DNA of 64,000 nt from an uncultured Candidatus Saccharibacteria bacterium (GTDB taxonomy: Bacteria > Patescibacteriota > Saccharimonadia > Saccharimonadales > EFPC-124): assembly GCA_965225085.1 (NCBI GenBank), contig CBDDBE010000003.1:1023-65022 (forward strand). The letters run 5' to 3'. The position numbers and the translations under genes were made by a program. Below are positions 26,716-37,267 of the stretch, one piece after another (position 1 is the stretch's first letter; each line of letters opens with the position of its first letter). The notes beneath the pieces were generated by a model, which worked only from the letters and a program-made list of their open reading frames with translations, searched no databases and was not told the origin of the DNA.

Positions 26716-27246
26716 ATGAGCAAGTATATGGCAGAGAATTCAATACCACCCATACCCGCTAGTGCGCCCAGTGACCCAACAGGGTTACTCGTGATGCCGC
26801 AGGGCAAAGAGCTGCTACAAGTGAGTGCCCTGGGTGCAGCTGTTGGATTGCTCACACCACTAGTCGGCTACTTGCTGCAGAAGTTTGCGGTTACACCGTT
26901 ATTTTGCCATCAGGCGTTTCAGGCTATTTGTAGCGCCAATGATTTGACGGCATTTTATGTTGCGACGATTATCACGGGCATTATGGCGATTGCCCTGATG
27001 GCGAATTGGCAGATCTTTCGTCCGCTATTGGTGGCCGTGGCTGCTGCTGCAGCGCTGTGGGGCTTTGCACGGTACGCTCAGCATACAGCGTCAACTGCTG
27101 GCGTGGAGTTTTATGCCACCTCGGCCGCGCTGTATGCTGTATCCTATGCGCTATTTTACTGGCTACTTCGGCTGAAAAGCTTCACACTCAGTGTTGTGCT
27201 GACAGTTGTGGCGGTAATAGCTATCCGCTGGGCGTTGTTGGTCTAA
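26716..27246 (+). CDS. hypothetical polytopic membrane protein (176 aa)
   Basis: Four to five hydrophobic helices; no motif recognised. Confidence 0.6.
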   Translation: MSKYMAENSIPPIPASAPSDPTGLLVMPQGKELLQVSALGAAVGLLTPLVGYLLQKFAVTPLFCHQAFQAICSANDLTAFYVATIITGIMAIALMANWQIFRPLLVAVAAAAALWGFARYAQHTASTAGVEFYATSAALYAVSYALFYWLLRLKSFTLSVVLTVVAVIAIRWALLV

Positions 27247-27268
27247 TATAATTTCGGGAGGGGGCAAG

Positions 27269-28360
27269 ATGGCGACGACGATTATGATTGTACTGTTGGT
27301 GCTGGTTATTTTTGGGTTGGGAGCGCTGCTGTACATGCTGGACATGAGGTTGCGAGACATGAAGGACACCAACGCCACGTCCATGCTCAAGCAAGACCTC
27401 GTCAGCCTGACTGACGGTATATCACAGCTGAAGGATGGCTTGCAGACGCATTTGACTGATCGTCTAGACAAGAACCAGACCATGATGCGCGAATCTATCA
27501 TGAAGCAATTTAGCGAAAGTACCAAGCTCATCACCGATGTGACCGAGCGGCTGGCTAAACTGGACGAGACAAACAAACGCGTGGTGGATGTGGCTGATGA
27601 GCTGAAGCTTCTGCAAAATGTCCTCCAAAATCCTAAGCAACGCGGTGTTTTAGGCGAATACTACCTGCAGACGGTGCTCATGAACGTCCTGCCACCTGAC
27701 CGATTTCAGGCACAGTACAAATTCAAGGATGGCGAGATTGTCGACGCCGCGATTTTTCTGGACCAGGGAAAGGTTTTGCCGATTGATTCTAAATTTAGCT
27801 TGGAAAACTACAATCGCTTCATCGAGGAGCCTGACAAGACCAAGCGTGAGGCGCTCGCCAAGCTGATCCGTTCTGACCTCAAGAACCGCATTGACGAAAC
27901 CAGCAAGTATATCCGCCCTGATGAAGGAACCATGGACTTTGCATTTATGTTCATCCCTAGCGAAGCGATTTATTACGACCTGCTGACCGGCAAAATTGGC
28001 TCAATCACTTCAACCGCGCGCGACCTTATCGAATATGCGTTCCGTGACCGCCATGTTATCATCGTGTCGCCAACGTCGTTTATGGCGTATTTGCAGACTG
28101 TGCTGCAGGGGTTGCGTAGCCTGCAGATCGAGGAGCAGGCCAAGGACATTCAGGTGCGCGTGGGCCAGTTGGGCCGTCATCTGGAGACGTACAATACGTT
28201 TATGCAAAAGCTTGGGGCTAGCCTGGGCACGACTGTCGGACACTTCAACAGCGCTACTAAGGAGCTGAAAAAGGTGGACAAAGATGTCGTGCGCATCGCA
28301 AAATCGCAACCCGTTATCGAGGATGCCTTGCCGCTCGACCGACCATTGGCAGAAGAATAA
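27269..28360 (+). CDS. rmuC: DNA recombination protein RmuC
   Basis: N-terminal TM and coiled coil. The C-terminal region (GVLGEYYLQ...FLDQGKVLPIDSKFSLENY...DFAFMFIPSEAIY) is typical of RmuC. Confidence 0.85.
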   Translation: MATTIMIVLLVLVIFGLGALLYMLDMRLRDMKDTNATSMLKQDLVSLTDGISQLKDGLQTHLTDRLDKNQTMMRESIMKQFSESTKLITDVTERLAKLDETNKRVVDVADELKLLQNVLQNPKQRGVLGEYYLQTVLMNVLPPDRFQAQYKFKDGEIVDAAIFLDQGKVLPIDSKFSLENYNRFIEEPDKTKREALAKLIRSDLKNRIDETSKYIRPDEGTMDFAFMFIPSEAIYYDLLTGKIGSITSTARDLIEYAFRDRHVIIVSPTSFMAYLQTVLQGLRSLQIEEQAKDIQVRVGQLGRHLETYNTFMQKLGASLGTTVGHFNSATKELKKVDKDVVRIAKSQPVIEDALPLDRPLAEE

Positions 28361-28419
28361 CTGACCGTGGTATACTCCAGATATCACATATAAACGACCA
28401 CGGAGGGTATACCACATAT

Positions 28420-29175
28420 ATGGCCAAATCGACAAAAACTTCTCAGAAAACTGTAGATAGTCCGCTATCACTCAAGAAAGCCTCGTTGGGCGGGCAATTG
28501 GTGCTGGGTGCGCTTATTGCCGAGATGTTGGCCAGCGCAGTGCTGACGCTGGCAGCGTTGATGTCGGGCAACAACCCTATTATCGCAGCGGTCACGGTCA
28601 TCGTGCTGGTATTGGTATTTGGTGACTTGTCCGGTGCCAATATCAACCCCGTTGTAACGGTTGCCGCCTGGGCTACTCGCCAGACGACGTGGGTGAAAGC
28701 GCTTGGCTACGTGGTTGCACAGTTGATTGGCGCGATGATTGCGTATGTCATCGTATCCAAGTTCCTGGCCGGTTCGACTACCAGCACCGGCGTCTTTACG
28801 CTGTTTACTAACCCGAACGATGCAGCCAGCTCGTTGCAGCCACGAGCCCCTGGCCAATGGAAGCCAATCTTTGGCGAGCTGGTCGGCGCCGTTATTTTTA
28901 GCTTTGGTGTGGCTAGCGCCATGTTTTACAAGAAGGTCGGGTTCGATCGTGCCTTTGTTATCGGTGGCGCATTGATGGTTGGTTTGATCGCCGCGCTTGC
29001 TGGTAGTCTAGGCGTCGTGAATCCAGCAGTCGCGCTGGGTCTGAGCGGCTTCAGCCAGGGTGGTTGGTGGTCAATTGGCGCATACGCCATTGCTCCACTT
29101 GTCGGTGGTGCGGTTGGCGCGGGTCTATTCAAGCTTTTGAAGCAAGATGTTGACGCGGCAGAGGCCAAAGCCTAA
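28420..29175 (+). CDS. MIP/aquaporin-family channel
   Basis: Two half-repeats carrying GANINPVVT and NPAVALG; six TM segments. Confidence 0.85.
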   Translation: MAKSTKTSQKTVDSPLSLKKASLGGQLVLGALIAEMLASAVLTLAALMSGNNPIIAAVTVIVLVLVFGDLSGANINPVVTVAAWATRQTTWVKALGYVVAQLIGAMIAYVIVSKFLAGSTTSTGVFTLFTNPNDAASSLQPRAPGQWKPIFGELVGAVIFSFGVASAMFYKKVGFDRAFVIGGALMVGLIAALAGSLGVVNPAVALGLSGFSQGGWWSIGAYAIAPLVGGAVGAGLFKLLKQDVDAAEAKA

Positions 29176-29197
29176 GACCGCTGGTATCTTGCCACGC

Positions 29198-29227
29198 AAA
29201 AATAGCCCAGAGTATTGGGCTATTTTT
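29198..29227 (+). terminator. intrinsic terminator
   Basis: AAAAATAGCCCA-gagtat-TGGGCTATTTTT. Confidence 0.8.
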
Positions 29228-29245
29228 GTATGCTAAGCTAAGTGC

Positions 29246-29470
29246 ATGGGATTATTCGTAAAACAAAGCGAGCAGCGGTCGCAGCTGCAGTCAAAGATCG
29301 CAGCTGATCTGTCGGAGCGTCTAAATAAACAACCACTCGGTGCAGATCCGGCGACAACCCGGCCCGCAATTTTGGACAATCAACGCAGCACGAGCCCGTT
29401 AGCCTGGCTGTGGATACTGCTCATCATCGGATTGATCGTCGGCGCCGTATTCGTGGTTATGCCACGCTAG
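29246..29470 (+). CDS. small tail-anchored membrane protein (74 aa)
   Basis: C-terminal helix LAWLWILLIIGLIVGAVFVV; no motif recognised. Confidence 0.4.
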   Translation: MGLFVKQSEQRSQLQSKIAADLSERLNKQPLGADPATTRPAILDNQRSTSPLAWLWILLIIGLIVGAVFVVMPR

Positions 29471-29967
29471 CGGAAGTTGGTAAAGTCGAGTGGAAAGTCG
29501 TAATCCTGCTGTTCGAGCAAGCGCATGACGGCCTGAAGTTCGTCTTTCTTAGGGGCGCTCACGCGAATCTCGACGCCTTGGATTTGAGCTTTGACCTTGG
29601 GGAACTCTTGGCGTAGTAGCGACGTCACTTTTTTGGCTTTGTCCTGGTCGAGTCCCTTGCGAAAGGCAATAGTTTGCGTAACTTTCATGTTGCTATTGAC
29701 TGGCGGGGCGCTTGCATCCAGAATTTTGAGACTCACGCCGCGGGTGGCGAGCTTTTTGCGTACGATATCTAGGATGGCATCGATGTGGTAGGCGTTATCA
29801 CCGGTCACGGTTAGGCCGGTCTTGTCGGGGTCACGGAATTCGACGCTGGCGCTCGTACCTTTCAGGTCATATCGCGTACCGAGCTCGCGTTTGGCCTGGT
29901 CGACCGCGTTGATGACTTCGGCCAGATTATAGTCAGAGATAATGTCAAATGAAAATGTTGTTGCCAT
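29467..29967 (-). CDS. yajQ: YajQ-family (UPF0234) nucleotide-binding protein
   Basis: Trimmed to MATTFSFDIISDYNLAEVINAVDQAKRELGTRYDLKG; full-length YajQ pattern. Confidence 0.85.
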   Translation of the reverse strand: MATTFSFDIISDYNLAEVINAVDQAKRELGTRYDLKGTSASVEFRDPDKTGLTVTGDNAYHIDAILDIVRKKLATRGVSLKILDASAPPVNSNMKVTQTIAFRKGLDQDKAKKVTSLLRQEFPKVKAQIQGVEIRVSAPKKDELQAVMRLLEQQDYDFPLDFTNFR

Positions 29968-30037
29968 GATGGTAGTATACCGTATCCGCCGCCCATCAGA
30001 CATCGAATCGTCAGGGCGGCGGATACAGAGCGTACTG

Positions 30038-30298
30038 TCATGCGGCTCGCCCCTCTCCATCAACCAGGGCAAACCCATCGCCAGAGCGTTGTACGGTGAT
30101 GGTGTCGCCTTGTCCGTACCTGCCCGTCGGGACGAGTATGGAAGACGGAACTTTCCCGCCGGATGTCTCGACCACGATACTGACGGTATCGTAATCGTTC
30201 AGCAAGCGCCCGTGGGCGTGCCTTCCACCCGACGACACGATCTTCGTGATCGTTGCTCTCACTGTGTCCTCCTCATGTGCAAACGCCTCAAACAGCAT
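30038..30298 (-). CDS. hypothetical protein (86 aa)
   Basis: Beta-rich orphan; no motif recognised; start uncertain. Confidence 0.4.
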   Translation of the reverse strand: MLFEAFAHEEDTVRATITKIVSSGGRHAHGRLLNDYDTVSIVVETSGGKVPSSILVPTGRYGQGDTITVQRSGDGFALVDGEGRAA

Positions 30299-30403
30299 GA
30301 AGCGCTTAGCTATTTTATAGCATCTAAGAGATTTATATACTAGATATTTATCATAGGGTACTACAGTTTTTGCGGTAGAGCCGGTATACTACAGACAGCC
30401 ATT

Positions 30404-31456
30404 ATGAATGAGACGGTTACCGCTGCTCGTGACGAGCTTTTGAAACGATTTGACACGCTTGAGACCAAGCGCGACATTTTGAAGGCGCCCGAGCTTCGTG
30501 GCCTGTACGCAACTATGAGGGATGTACCTACTGAGGAACGCCCGGCATATGGGCAGCTGCTGCAGGAGCTCCGTAGCGAGCTCGAGGCAAAGGTGAGCGA
30601 AGCTGAAGAAGCGGCCGCGTCTAGTGGTGTGGCGGCTATTGATGTTACGGCACCGTTTGACGCCAATACGCCCAATGCTATGCGCCCGCGCGTACTCGAT
30701 GCGGCAGCCGGCAGCCGGCATCCACTGATGACCGAGCTGGATGCTGTACTCGATATCTTCTACCGAATGGGGTTCACCGCCATCGAGAGTCGCCAGATCG
30801 ACGACGATTATCATATGTTTGGTGCGCTTAATTTTCCCGAGGGTCACCCAGCGCGCGACGATTACGATACCTTTATGACGGTCGAAACCGACAAAAATGG
30901 CAAGCAATTTATTGCTCCAGCGCACACTTCGACCATGCAGAATCGAGTACTTCGTCAGTTTGCTGACAATCTAGAGGCTGGAAAGCCTATTGCGGTAGTC
31001 ATTCCGGGCCGAGTCTTCCGCAACGAGGACCTCGATGCACGCCACGAGCACACCTTCTATCAGTTAGAGGGTGTCTACGTGGACCGTGGTATTCATGCCG
31101 GAAACTTGCTAGCGACCTTCAAAACGTTCCTTGGCAACTACTACCAGCAGGACATCGAGATCAAAAGTCAGCCATTTTACTTTCCATTTACTGAGCCAAG
31201 CTTCGAGCTGGCGCTGAGCTGCCCGTTCTGTCACAAGCAAGGCTGTAACGTGTGCAGCTATTCGGGATGGATCGAGCTGCTGGGCATGGGTATGATTCAT
31301 CCGCATGTGCTGAGCGAAGCAGGCATCGACCCGAATGAGTTTACGGGATTTGCCTGGGGTGGTGGCATCGAGCGATTGGTCATGATGAAGTACGGCATCG
31401 AGGATGTTCGTCATTTTGAATCAGGAAAATTAGAGTTTTTGAGGCAGTTTGTATGA
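30404..31456 (+). CDS. pheS: phenylalanine--tRNA ligase alpha subunit
   Basis: Class II core: HPARD, FRNEDLDARH, GWIELLGMGMIHP, FAWGGGIERL. Confidence 0.95.
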   Translation: MNETVTAARDELLKRFDTLETKRDILKAPELRGLYATMRDVPTEERPAYGQLLQELRSELEAKVSEAEEAAASSGVAAIDVTAPFDANTPNAMRPRVLDAAAGSRHPLMTELDAVLDIFYRMGFTAIESRQIDDDYHMFGALNFPEGHPARDDYDTFMTVETDKNGKQFIAPAHTSTMQNRVLRQFADNLEAGKPIAVVIPGRVFRNEDLDARHEHTFYQLEGVYVDRGIHAGNLLATFKTFLGNYYQQDIEIKSQPFYFPFTEPSFELALSCPFCHKQGCNVCSYSGWIELLGMGMIHPHVLSEAGIDPNEFTGFAWGGGIERLVMMKYGIEDVRHFESGKLEFLRQFV

Positions 31457-34014
31457 GAGTCGCATTATCGTTATCCAAATTCCACACCAACGAAGATTTG
31501 ACCCAGAAACCAATCGGCGAGCTGGTTGAGCGCATTGGCTCGCAGCTGGGAGCGGTCGAGGAGGTCGTGAGCCTCGCCGAGCAGTATCGAGGTGTCATCA
31601 TCGCGCGCGTGGTGAGCTGCACCGACCATCCCGACGCCGATCGACTGCATGTATGCGTGATTGACGACGGAGGTATCGCTCAGAATGTAGAGCGCGACCA
31701 GAACGGCCATGTGCAAGTAGTGTGTGGCGCGCCAAATGTCCGTGAGGGCTTGCTGGTAGCATGGTTGCCGCCCGGTTCGACGGTGCCCAGCACCTATGCG
31801 ACCGGCGATCCATTTGTACTGGAGGCGCGCAAGCTACGCGGCGTGATCAGCAATGGGATGCTCGCCAGTAGCAAGGAGTTGGGCATCAGCGATGAGCACG
31901 AAGGAATTCTGGAGGTGGACGAAGACGTTGCGCCGGGGACTCTATTCGCGAACGCCTACCATCTGAGCGACCACGTGATAGATATTGAGAACAAAATGTT
32001 CACCCATCGCCCTGATTGTTTTGGCGTGTTGGGCGTGTACCGCGAGATTGCAGGGATATACCACCAAAAATTTGAAGGGCCGGATTGGTACGCGCGTGAT
32101 GTGTATTCGCTAGAACCTGAAGCTTCCGAGCTGTCGTTGTCAGTTGTGAATGAGCTGCCCGAGCTGGTGCCGCGCTTTGTGATGGTTCCTATGAGCGGAA
32201 TTGAGGTCAAGCCAAGCCCAATCTGGCTGCAAGTGCACCTGATGCGAGCTGGCATTCGGCCGATCAACAACGTCGTTGACGTTACGAACTACCTGATGTA
32301 TCTCACCGGTCAGCCGCTGCATGCGTACGATTATGACAAAGTGAAGGCACTGGGCGGCACACAGAGCGCCGATATTACGGTGCGTTATCCTCGCACGGGC
32401 GAGAGGATTAACTTGCTGAACGGCAAGGATATCGAGCCGCATACACGCGCCGTTATGATTGCTACGGGTGAGCATCTCATCGGTGTGGGAGGTGTCATGG
32501 GCGGCAAAAGCACCGAGGTGGACGACCATACAACCAATATCATCCTGGAGTGCGCCACCTTCGACATGTACTCCGTGCGTCGCACCAGCATGGCGCATGG
32601 TCTGTTTACCGATGCTGTGACACGGTTCAACAAGGGCCAATCGCCGCTGCAAAACATTCGGGTTCTGGCCAGGGCTGTTCATGAGCTTCGAGCTCTGGCA
32701 AATGGCAAAGTCGCTGGCCCGGTTATCGATGACAATCACGTTGATCCAGGTGCGCTTGAACGCGACAGTTTATATTCACCGGTCAAGGTAACTCCAGACT
32801 TTATCAATGAACGACTAGGCCTGCGCCTTACAATGTTCGAGATTAAGCAGCTCCTAGAGAACGTGGGGTTCATGTTCCCTCTCATTACAGATCAAGATTT
32901 GAATTTTCCCATGGAGATCAAAGCCCCTTTCTGGCGAACGGATATCGAAATACCTGAGGACATTGTTGAGGAAGTTGGACGCCTGTATGGCTATGATCAT
33001 TTGCCACTTGAGCTACCACGACGCGATCTTGCGCCAGCAGCCCAAAATCCTGATTTCGAAATTCGCAGTCGCATCCGCGAAACATTAGCACGCGCTGGGG
33101 CAAACGAAGTCCTGACCTATACATTTGTGCACGGCAAGCTGCTCGAAAAGGCCAGCCAAGATATCGCAAGCGCCTTCCAGATCAGTAATGCGCTGAGTCC
33201 GGACCTGCAATACTATCGTCTGAGCCTGACGCCAAGTCTGCTTGACCTGGTGCACGGCAACATCAAGGCCGGCTATGACCAATTTGCGCTGTTCGAGATG
33301 AACAAAGTGCATGGCAAGTCAGAGGTGGACGAGGGCGGATTACCACGAGAATTTGCGCGGATTGCCTTGGTGTTTGCCGCCGAGCCCAAAACCGCCGAGA
33401 AGTATGCCGGGGCTGCGTATTTCCAGGCAAAGGAATACCTCGTCGACTTACTAGGAGGCTTTGGCATCGCAGACGGATTGACATTCCAGCTGCTGCAGGA
33501 CGCAGACTTCAGCCAGCACGCATTGTTTCAGCAGATGCTACAGCCGTTCGAGCCGAAACGTTCTGCCGTGGTGATGAATGGCGAAAAACTAGTCGGAGTC
33601 GTAGGCGAGTACAGGCAAAGTGTTGCAAAAGCCCTGAAACTGCCAGCCTTTGCGGCTGGGTTTGAGATATTTGGCTCAACCTTCGAGCACGCACGTGGCC
33701 GTCAGTATACTCGGTCCTCCAGGTTCCCGAAGGTAGAACAGGACGTATCGCTAAAGGTACCAGCTGATGTCGCGTATGGCGAGCTGCACCAGTGTGTTCT
33801 GCGGGCTGTTGATTCTTTGCGGCCGGCTGATACCCTGTTTACGATTGCGCCAGTGGACATCTACCAGAGGCCTGACGATGAGGCGCACAAGCAAGTAACC
33901 TTCCGGCTGAGTATTGCCAGCTACGAGCGAACATTGCAGGCTGAGGAGATCAATACCTTGCTTGACCAAGTGGCTACGCAAGCAACAGAGCGTTTTGGCG
34001 CCGAAAGGATATAG
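31453..34014 (+). CDS. pheT: phenylalanine--tRNA ligase beta subunit
   Basis: 853 aa with tRNA-binding, B3/4, B5 and FDX-ACB-like regions. Overlaps pheS by 4 nt. Confidence 0.95.
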   Translation: MRVALSLSKFHTNEDLTQKPIGELVERIGSQLGAVEEVVSLAEQYRGVIIARVVSCTDHPDADRLHVCVIDDGGIAQNVERDQNGHVQVVCGAPNVREGLLVAWLPPGSTVPSTYATGDPFVLEARKLRGVISNGMLASSKELGISDEHEGILEVDEDVAPGTLFANAYHLSDHVIDIENKMFTHRPDCFGVLGVYREIAGIYHQKFEGPDWYARDVYSLEPEASELSLSVVNELPELVPRFVMVPMSGIEVKPSPIWLQVHLMRAGIRPINNVVDVTNYLMYLTGQPLHAYDYDKVKALGGTQSADITVRYPRTGERINLLNGKDIEPHTRAVMIATGEHLIGVGGVMGGKSTEVDDHTTNIILECATFDMYSVRRTSMAHGLFTDAVTRFNKGQSPLQNIRVLARAVHELRALANGKVAGPVIDDNHVDPGALERDSLYSPVKVTPDFINERLGLRLTMFEIKQLLENVGFMFPLITDQDLNFPMEIKAPFWRTDIEIPEDIVEEVGRLYGYDHLPLELPRRDLAPAAQNPDFEIRSRIRETLARAGANEVLTYTFVHGKLLEKASQDIASAFQISNALSPDLQYYRLSLTPSLLDLVHGNIKAGYDQFALFEMNKVHGKSEVDEGGLPREFARIALVFAAEPKTAEKYAGAAYFQAKEYLVDLLGGFGIADGLTFQLLQDADFSQHALFQQMLQPFEPKRSAVVMNGEKLVGVVGEYRQSVAKALKLPAFAAGFEIFGSTFEHARGRQYTRSSRFPKVEQDVSLKVPADVAYGELHQCVLRAVDSLRPADTLFTIAPVDIYQRPDDEAHKQVTFRLSIASYERTLQAEEINTLLDQVATQATERFGAERI

Positions 34015-34019
34015 CTGCC

Positions 34020-34844
34020 ATGAAGCCTTCGGGCAAGATCGGGTTTTTTGACTCTGGGGTGGGCGGACTGGTCGTCGCTAGCCAGGTAATGGCCAAATTG
34101 CCGCAGTACGATTATGTGTACCTCGGCGACACGCAGCACAAGCCCTACGGCCCTAAGCCGGCTGCCGAAATTCGCGGTTATGTTCAGCAGGCGTTGCCTT
34201 ATCTGTTTGACGCGGGGTGCGAGCTGGTAATTTTGACATGTAATACTGCCTCGGCTCAGGCGCTTAGCTTTATCCAGCGACAATATTTGCCGCGCTACGC
34301 TCCGCATCGCCATGTTTTGGGAGTGATCGTGCCGGCTGCCGAGGCAGCGGTGCTCGCTACCAGAACAAACGCCATTGGCGTGCTGGGGACCCAAGGCGCA
34401 GTCGATTCTCGGGCGTTTGCCGAGGAGATCCAGAAGCTTCGCCCCGAGGCTGTTGTGTACCAGCAGGCGGCACCCGAATTGGTCTCGATGATAGAATCTG
34501 GCCTGCATCACGGCCCAGAAATGACTATGATGCTGCGGCATTATCTGCAGGCGCTGCTCGGCATGAACATCGACACGCTCGTCTTGGGGTGCGGACACTA
34601 TGAACTGATCGCCGAGCAAGTTGCGGCGATAGCCGGGCCTGGCGTGACGGTCATCTCGGAGGCGGCGATAGTCGCAGACCGAGTGCAGGATTACCTCTTC
34701 CGCCACCCAGACATCAGCCACGGCTTGTCGCAAGGCGGCTCACGCCGGATATGCTACACCGCCAACGCAGAGTCGTTTTCGCCCATTAGCCAAGAATTCT
34801 TCGGTGCCCCCGTGCAGGCCGAGCAGGTAAATCTGGGCGCATGA
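34020..34844 (+). CDS. murI: glutamate racemase
   Basis: FDSGVGGL, LTCNTASA, VLGCGHY. Confidence 0.9.
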   Translation: MKPSGKIGFFDSGVGGLVVASQVMAKLPQYDYVYLGDTQHKPYGPKPAAEIRGYVQQALPYLFDAGCELVILTCNTASAQALSFIQRQYLPRYAPHRHVLGVIVPAAEAAVLATRTNAIGVLGTQGAVDSRAFAEEIQKLRPEAVVYQQAAPELVSMIESGLHHGPEMTMMLRHYLQALLGMNIDTLVLGCGHYELIAEQVAAIAGPGVTVISEAAIVADRVQDYLFRHPDISHGLSQGGSRRICYTANAESFSPISQEFFGAPVQAEQVNLGA

Positions 34845-35317
34845 CCATGGACCGACCTGGCATACAAACAGCGCGAGCAGTCATATTTGACTCCGAGGGC
34901 CAGTTGCTACTTATCGAACGGCACAAGGACGGCAAGCAGTATTTTGTCTTGCCTGGTGGTCATGTCGATGGCGGCGAAACGCCCGAGCAAGCGGTGGTGC
35001 GCGAAGTTCTGGAGGAAACAAGCTGCAACGTTATGGTGCGTCAATTGCTCTACACATCCAGTGATGATATCGCCCATCACGACCAGAGGATTTATCTGTG
35101 CGAATACCATGGCGGCGAGCCTGCGCTGCAGCCGAATAGCGTCGAAGCACAGGCGCAGCGTTCAGGCGTGCCCCAACAGTGGCTGCCTGGGTGGTTTCGC
35201 ATCGAAGATCTGCAAGACAAGCAGGTGTTCCCGCAGGGGCTGCTGAAGTACCTGGATGCAGACCGGGCGCTGAATTTTCAGCACAACCCATACAAAATCA
35301 TCGAACGCCAGGTATAA
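34841..35317 (+). CDS. Nudix hydrolase
   Basis: Nudix box LPGGHVDGGETPEQAVVREVLEETS. Overlaps murI by 4 nt. Confidence 0.8.
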   Translation: MTMDRPGIQTARAVIFDSEGQLLLIERHKDGKQYFVLPGGHVDGGETPEQAVVREVLEETSCNVMVRQLLYTSSDDIAHHDQRIYLCEYHGGEPALQPNSVEAQAQRSGVPQQWLPGWFRIEDLQDKQVFPQGLLKYLDADRALNFQHNPYKIIERQV

Positions 35318-35349
35318 TAAAGAGCAGCAGCTAAAGAGGGATTTTTATC

Positions 35350-35874
35350 GTGGCAGTCAACAAACAGACGATGCAGCGTATCGTCATCGGTATCATTGCG
35401 CTGACAATGACCGTCGGTACGCTCGGGGCGTACTTCTTGATCATTTTGCAGACCAAGGACAGTAGCCAGACCCAACAACCACAGCAACAGTACACCCAGT
35501 ATCCGGTTGATCCGACGGCATACAAGGTTTCGGGTGCAGTTAGCAAGCTTGAGTCGACCGATCTGACCGTTGGGGCCGGCGACGAAGCGAAAGTTGGTGA
35601 CACGGTAAGGGTGCACTATAAAGGCACGTTTGCGCAGGGCGGGCAAAAGTTTGATAGCAGCTACGACCGCGGCGAACCAGCAACGCTCAAAATTGCACAA
35701 GGGCAGGTCATCGATGGATGGGTACAGGGCATACCCGGTATGAAGGTAGGCGGCAAACGCCGTCTAGTGATCCCGTCTAGCCTCGGCTATGGCGCTACGG
35801 GCAATCCGCCATCTATTCCACCCAGCACCGACCTTGTGTTCGAGGTTGAGCTCCTGGCGGTCAATCCGAAGTAG
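35350..35874 (+). CDS. FKBP-type peptidyl-prolyl isomerase with N-terminal membrane anchor
   Basis: GTG start. Shows VRVHYKGTF..G..FDSSY, VIDGW..GIPGMKVGGKRRLVIPSSLGYG, LVFEVELL. Confidence 0.85.
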   Translation: MAVNKQTMQRIVIGIIALTMTVGTLGAYFLIILQTKDSSQTQQPQQQYTQYPVDPTAYKVSGAVSKLESTDLTVGAGDEAKVGDTVRVHYKGTFAQGGQKFDSSYDRGEPATLKIAQGQVIDGWVQGIPGMKVGGKRRLVIPSSLGYGATGNPPSIPPSTDLVFEVELLAVNPK

Positions 35875-35886
35875 GGGGTACTGGAC

Positions 35887-35920
35887 ATATAGCGCATTGT
35901 AAATCACGAGTGCGCTATAT
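35887..35920 (+). terminator. stem-loop after the FKBP gene
   Basis: ATATAGCGCA (35887-35896) / TGCGCTATAT (35911-35920). Confidence 0.45.
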
Positions 35921-35952
35921 ATACTAAAGTTAAACAGAAAGGCATACTAAAC

Positions 35953-36234
35953 ATGGCAAAAACAATTAGCATTTATACGACAAATACCTGCGTGTACTGC
36001 GTACAGGTTAAGAAATTCCTAGAGAAGAAGGGCCTGACCTACACGTTGATTAATCTAGACGAAACCCCGGAGAAGACATACGAGCTGATGGAGCTAACGG
36101 GTCAGCTAGCCGTACCCGTCACTGTCGTGGCCGATGACGAGACCGACATCAAGGATGTGACGGTCGGCTGGAACCCGGCTAAGCTAACAAGCGCAGTCGC
36201 TTCGATGGTGGCGCCAACGTCGCAGGCCGCGTAA
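35953..36234 (+). CDS. glutaredoxin/NrdH-like thioredoxin-fold protein
   Basis: CVYC redox motif near the N-terminus; 93 aa; immediately upstream of trxB. Confidence 0.7.
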   Translation: MAKTISIYTTNTCVYCVQVKKFLEKKGLTYTLINLDETPEKTYELMELTGQLAVPVTVVADDETDIKDVTVGWNPAKLTSAVASMVAPTSQAA

Positions 36235-36235
36235 T

Positions 36236-37201
36236 ATGGCCGCGCAGAAAGTTTACGATCTGGCGATTATTGGTGCTGGCCCTGCGGCGTTGTCGGCTGC
36301 GGTATATACAACGCGGGAAGATATCTCGACTGTCCTGCTCGAGAAGGGCGCTGTTGGTGGTTTAGCTGCGGTGACTGACTGGGTAGATAATTATCCAGGC
36401 TTTAGCAAGGGAATCAGCGGGTTGGACTTGGCCCAGGAGCTCGAGGCGCAGGCCGAGCGGTTTGGCGCCCAGATTGAATATGCCGAGGTGAAGAGTATCT
36501 CTGACGATGGTGAGACCAAAGTCTTGTCTGTCGTCGATGGCGAAGACATCCGCGCCAAGGCCGTGCTGATCGCAACAGGGACCGACTACAAAAAGCTTGG
36601 GGTGCCTGGCGAGGCAGAATATTATGCCCGAGGCGTGCATTACTGCGCGACCTGCGACGGAGCGTTTTATCGCGACAAGCGCCTGGTCGTGGTAGGCGGT
36701 GGCAACTCTGGCGTGCAGGAAGCACTCTTCTTGACCCGTTTTGCGACGCATATTGATTTGCTCGTTCGTACGACCGTCAAAGCTTCGGATATTTTGCAGC
36801 GCGACCTAGCCAAAAACGATAAAATCACTGTCCACCTCAACACCACAACCGACGAGATTGTCGGTGCCGACAAGAAAGTGACCAAAGTCCTAGCCACCAA
36901 AGACGGCCAAAAAACAGAATTTGAAACCGACGGCGTGTTTGTATTTGTAGGCCTCAAGCCGAACACGGCGTTTCTGGCAGGCGGGCCGATCAAGCTCGAT
37001 GAGTTTGGATTTGTCATGGCTGGCGAAGATCTGTTGACGACGATGCCTGGTGTCTATGTAGCGGGCGATGTGCGTTCAGGCGCGACTATGCAGATCGCCA
37101 CTGCGGTGGGTGAGGGCGCAACAGCGGCGCTGAAGATTAGACATTTTCTGGAGCAACACTCGCGCGAATACGCGACCATAGCGAATCAAGCCTCGGCGTA
37201 A
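36236..37201 (+). CDS. trxB: thioredoxin-disulfide reductase
   Basis: IIGAGPAALSAA, CATCDG, VVGGGNSGVQEA. Confidence 0.95.
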   Translation: MAAQKVYDLAIIGAGPAALSAAVYTTREDISTVLLEKGAVGGLAAVTDWVDNYPGFSKGISGLDLAQELEAQAERFGAQIEYAEVKSISDDGETKVLSVVDGEDIRAKAVLIATGTDYKKLGVPGEAEYYARGVHYCATCDGAFYRDKRLVVVGGGNSGVQEALFLTRFATHIDLLVRTTVKASDILQRDLAKNDKITVHLNTTTDEIVGADKKVTKVLATKDGQKTEFETDGVFVFVGLKPNTAFLAGGPIKLDEFGFVMAGEDLLTTMPGVYVAGDVRSGATMQIATAVGEGATAALKIRHFLEQHSREYATIANQASA

Positions 37202-37237
37202 CACAATTTCCCCATCGAATTACGCAGGATATGAACC

Positions 37238-37262
37238 CGCCCTGGCCGGTATGGCCAGGGCG
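37238..37262. terminator. stem-loop between convergent genes
   Basis: CGCCCTGGCC-ggtat-GGCCAGGGCG; perfect 10 bp. Confidence 0.55.
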
Positions 37263-37267
37263 TTGTG

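Noticed and set aside
28361-28419. Inverted repeat GTGGTATACTCC...GGAGGGTATACCAC between rmuC and the aquaporin gene, considered as a fourth copy of the element.
   Set aside because: It shares no core sequence with copies A-C. It more likely reflects a terminator/promoter overlap (TGGTATACT resembles an extended -10).
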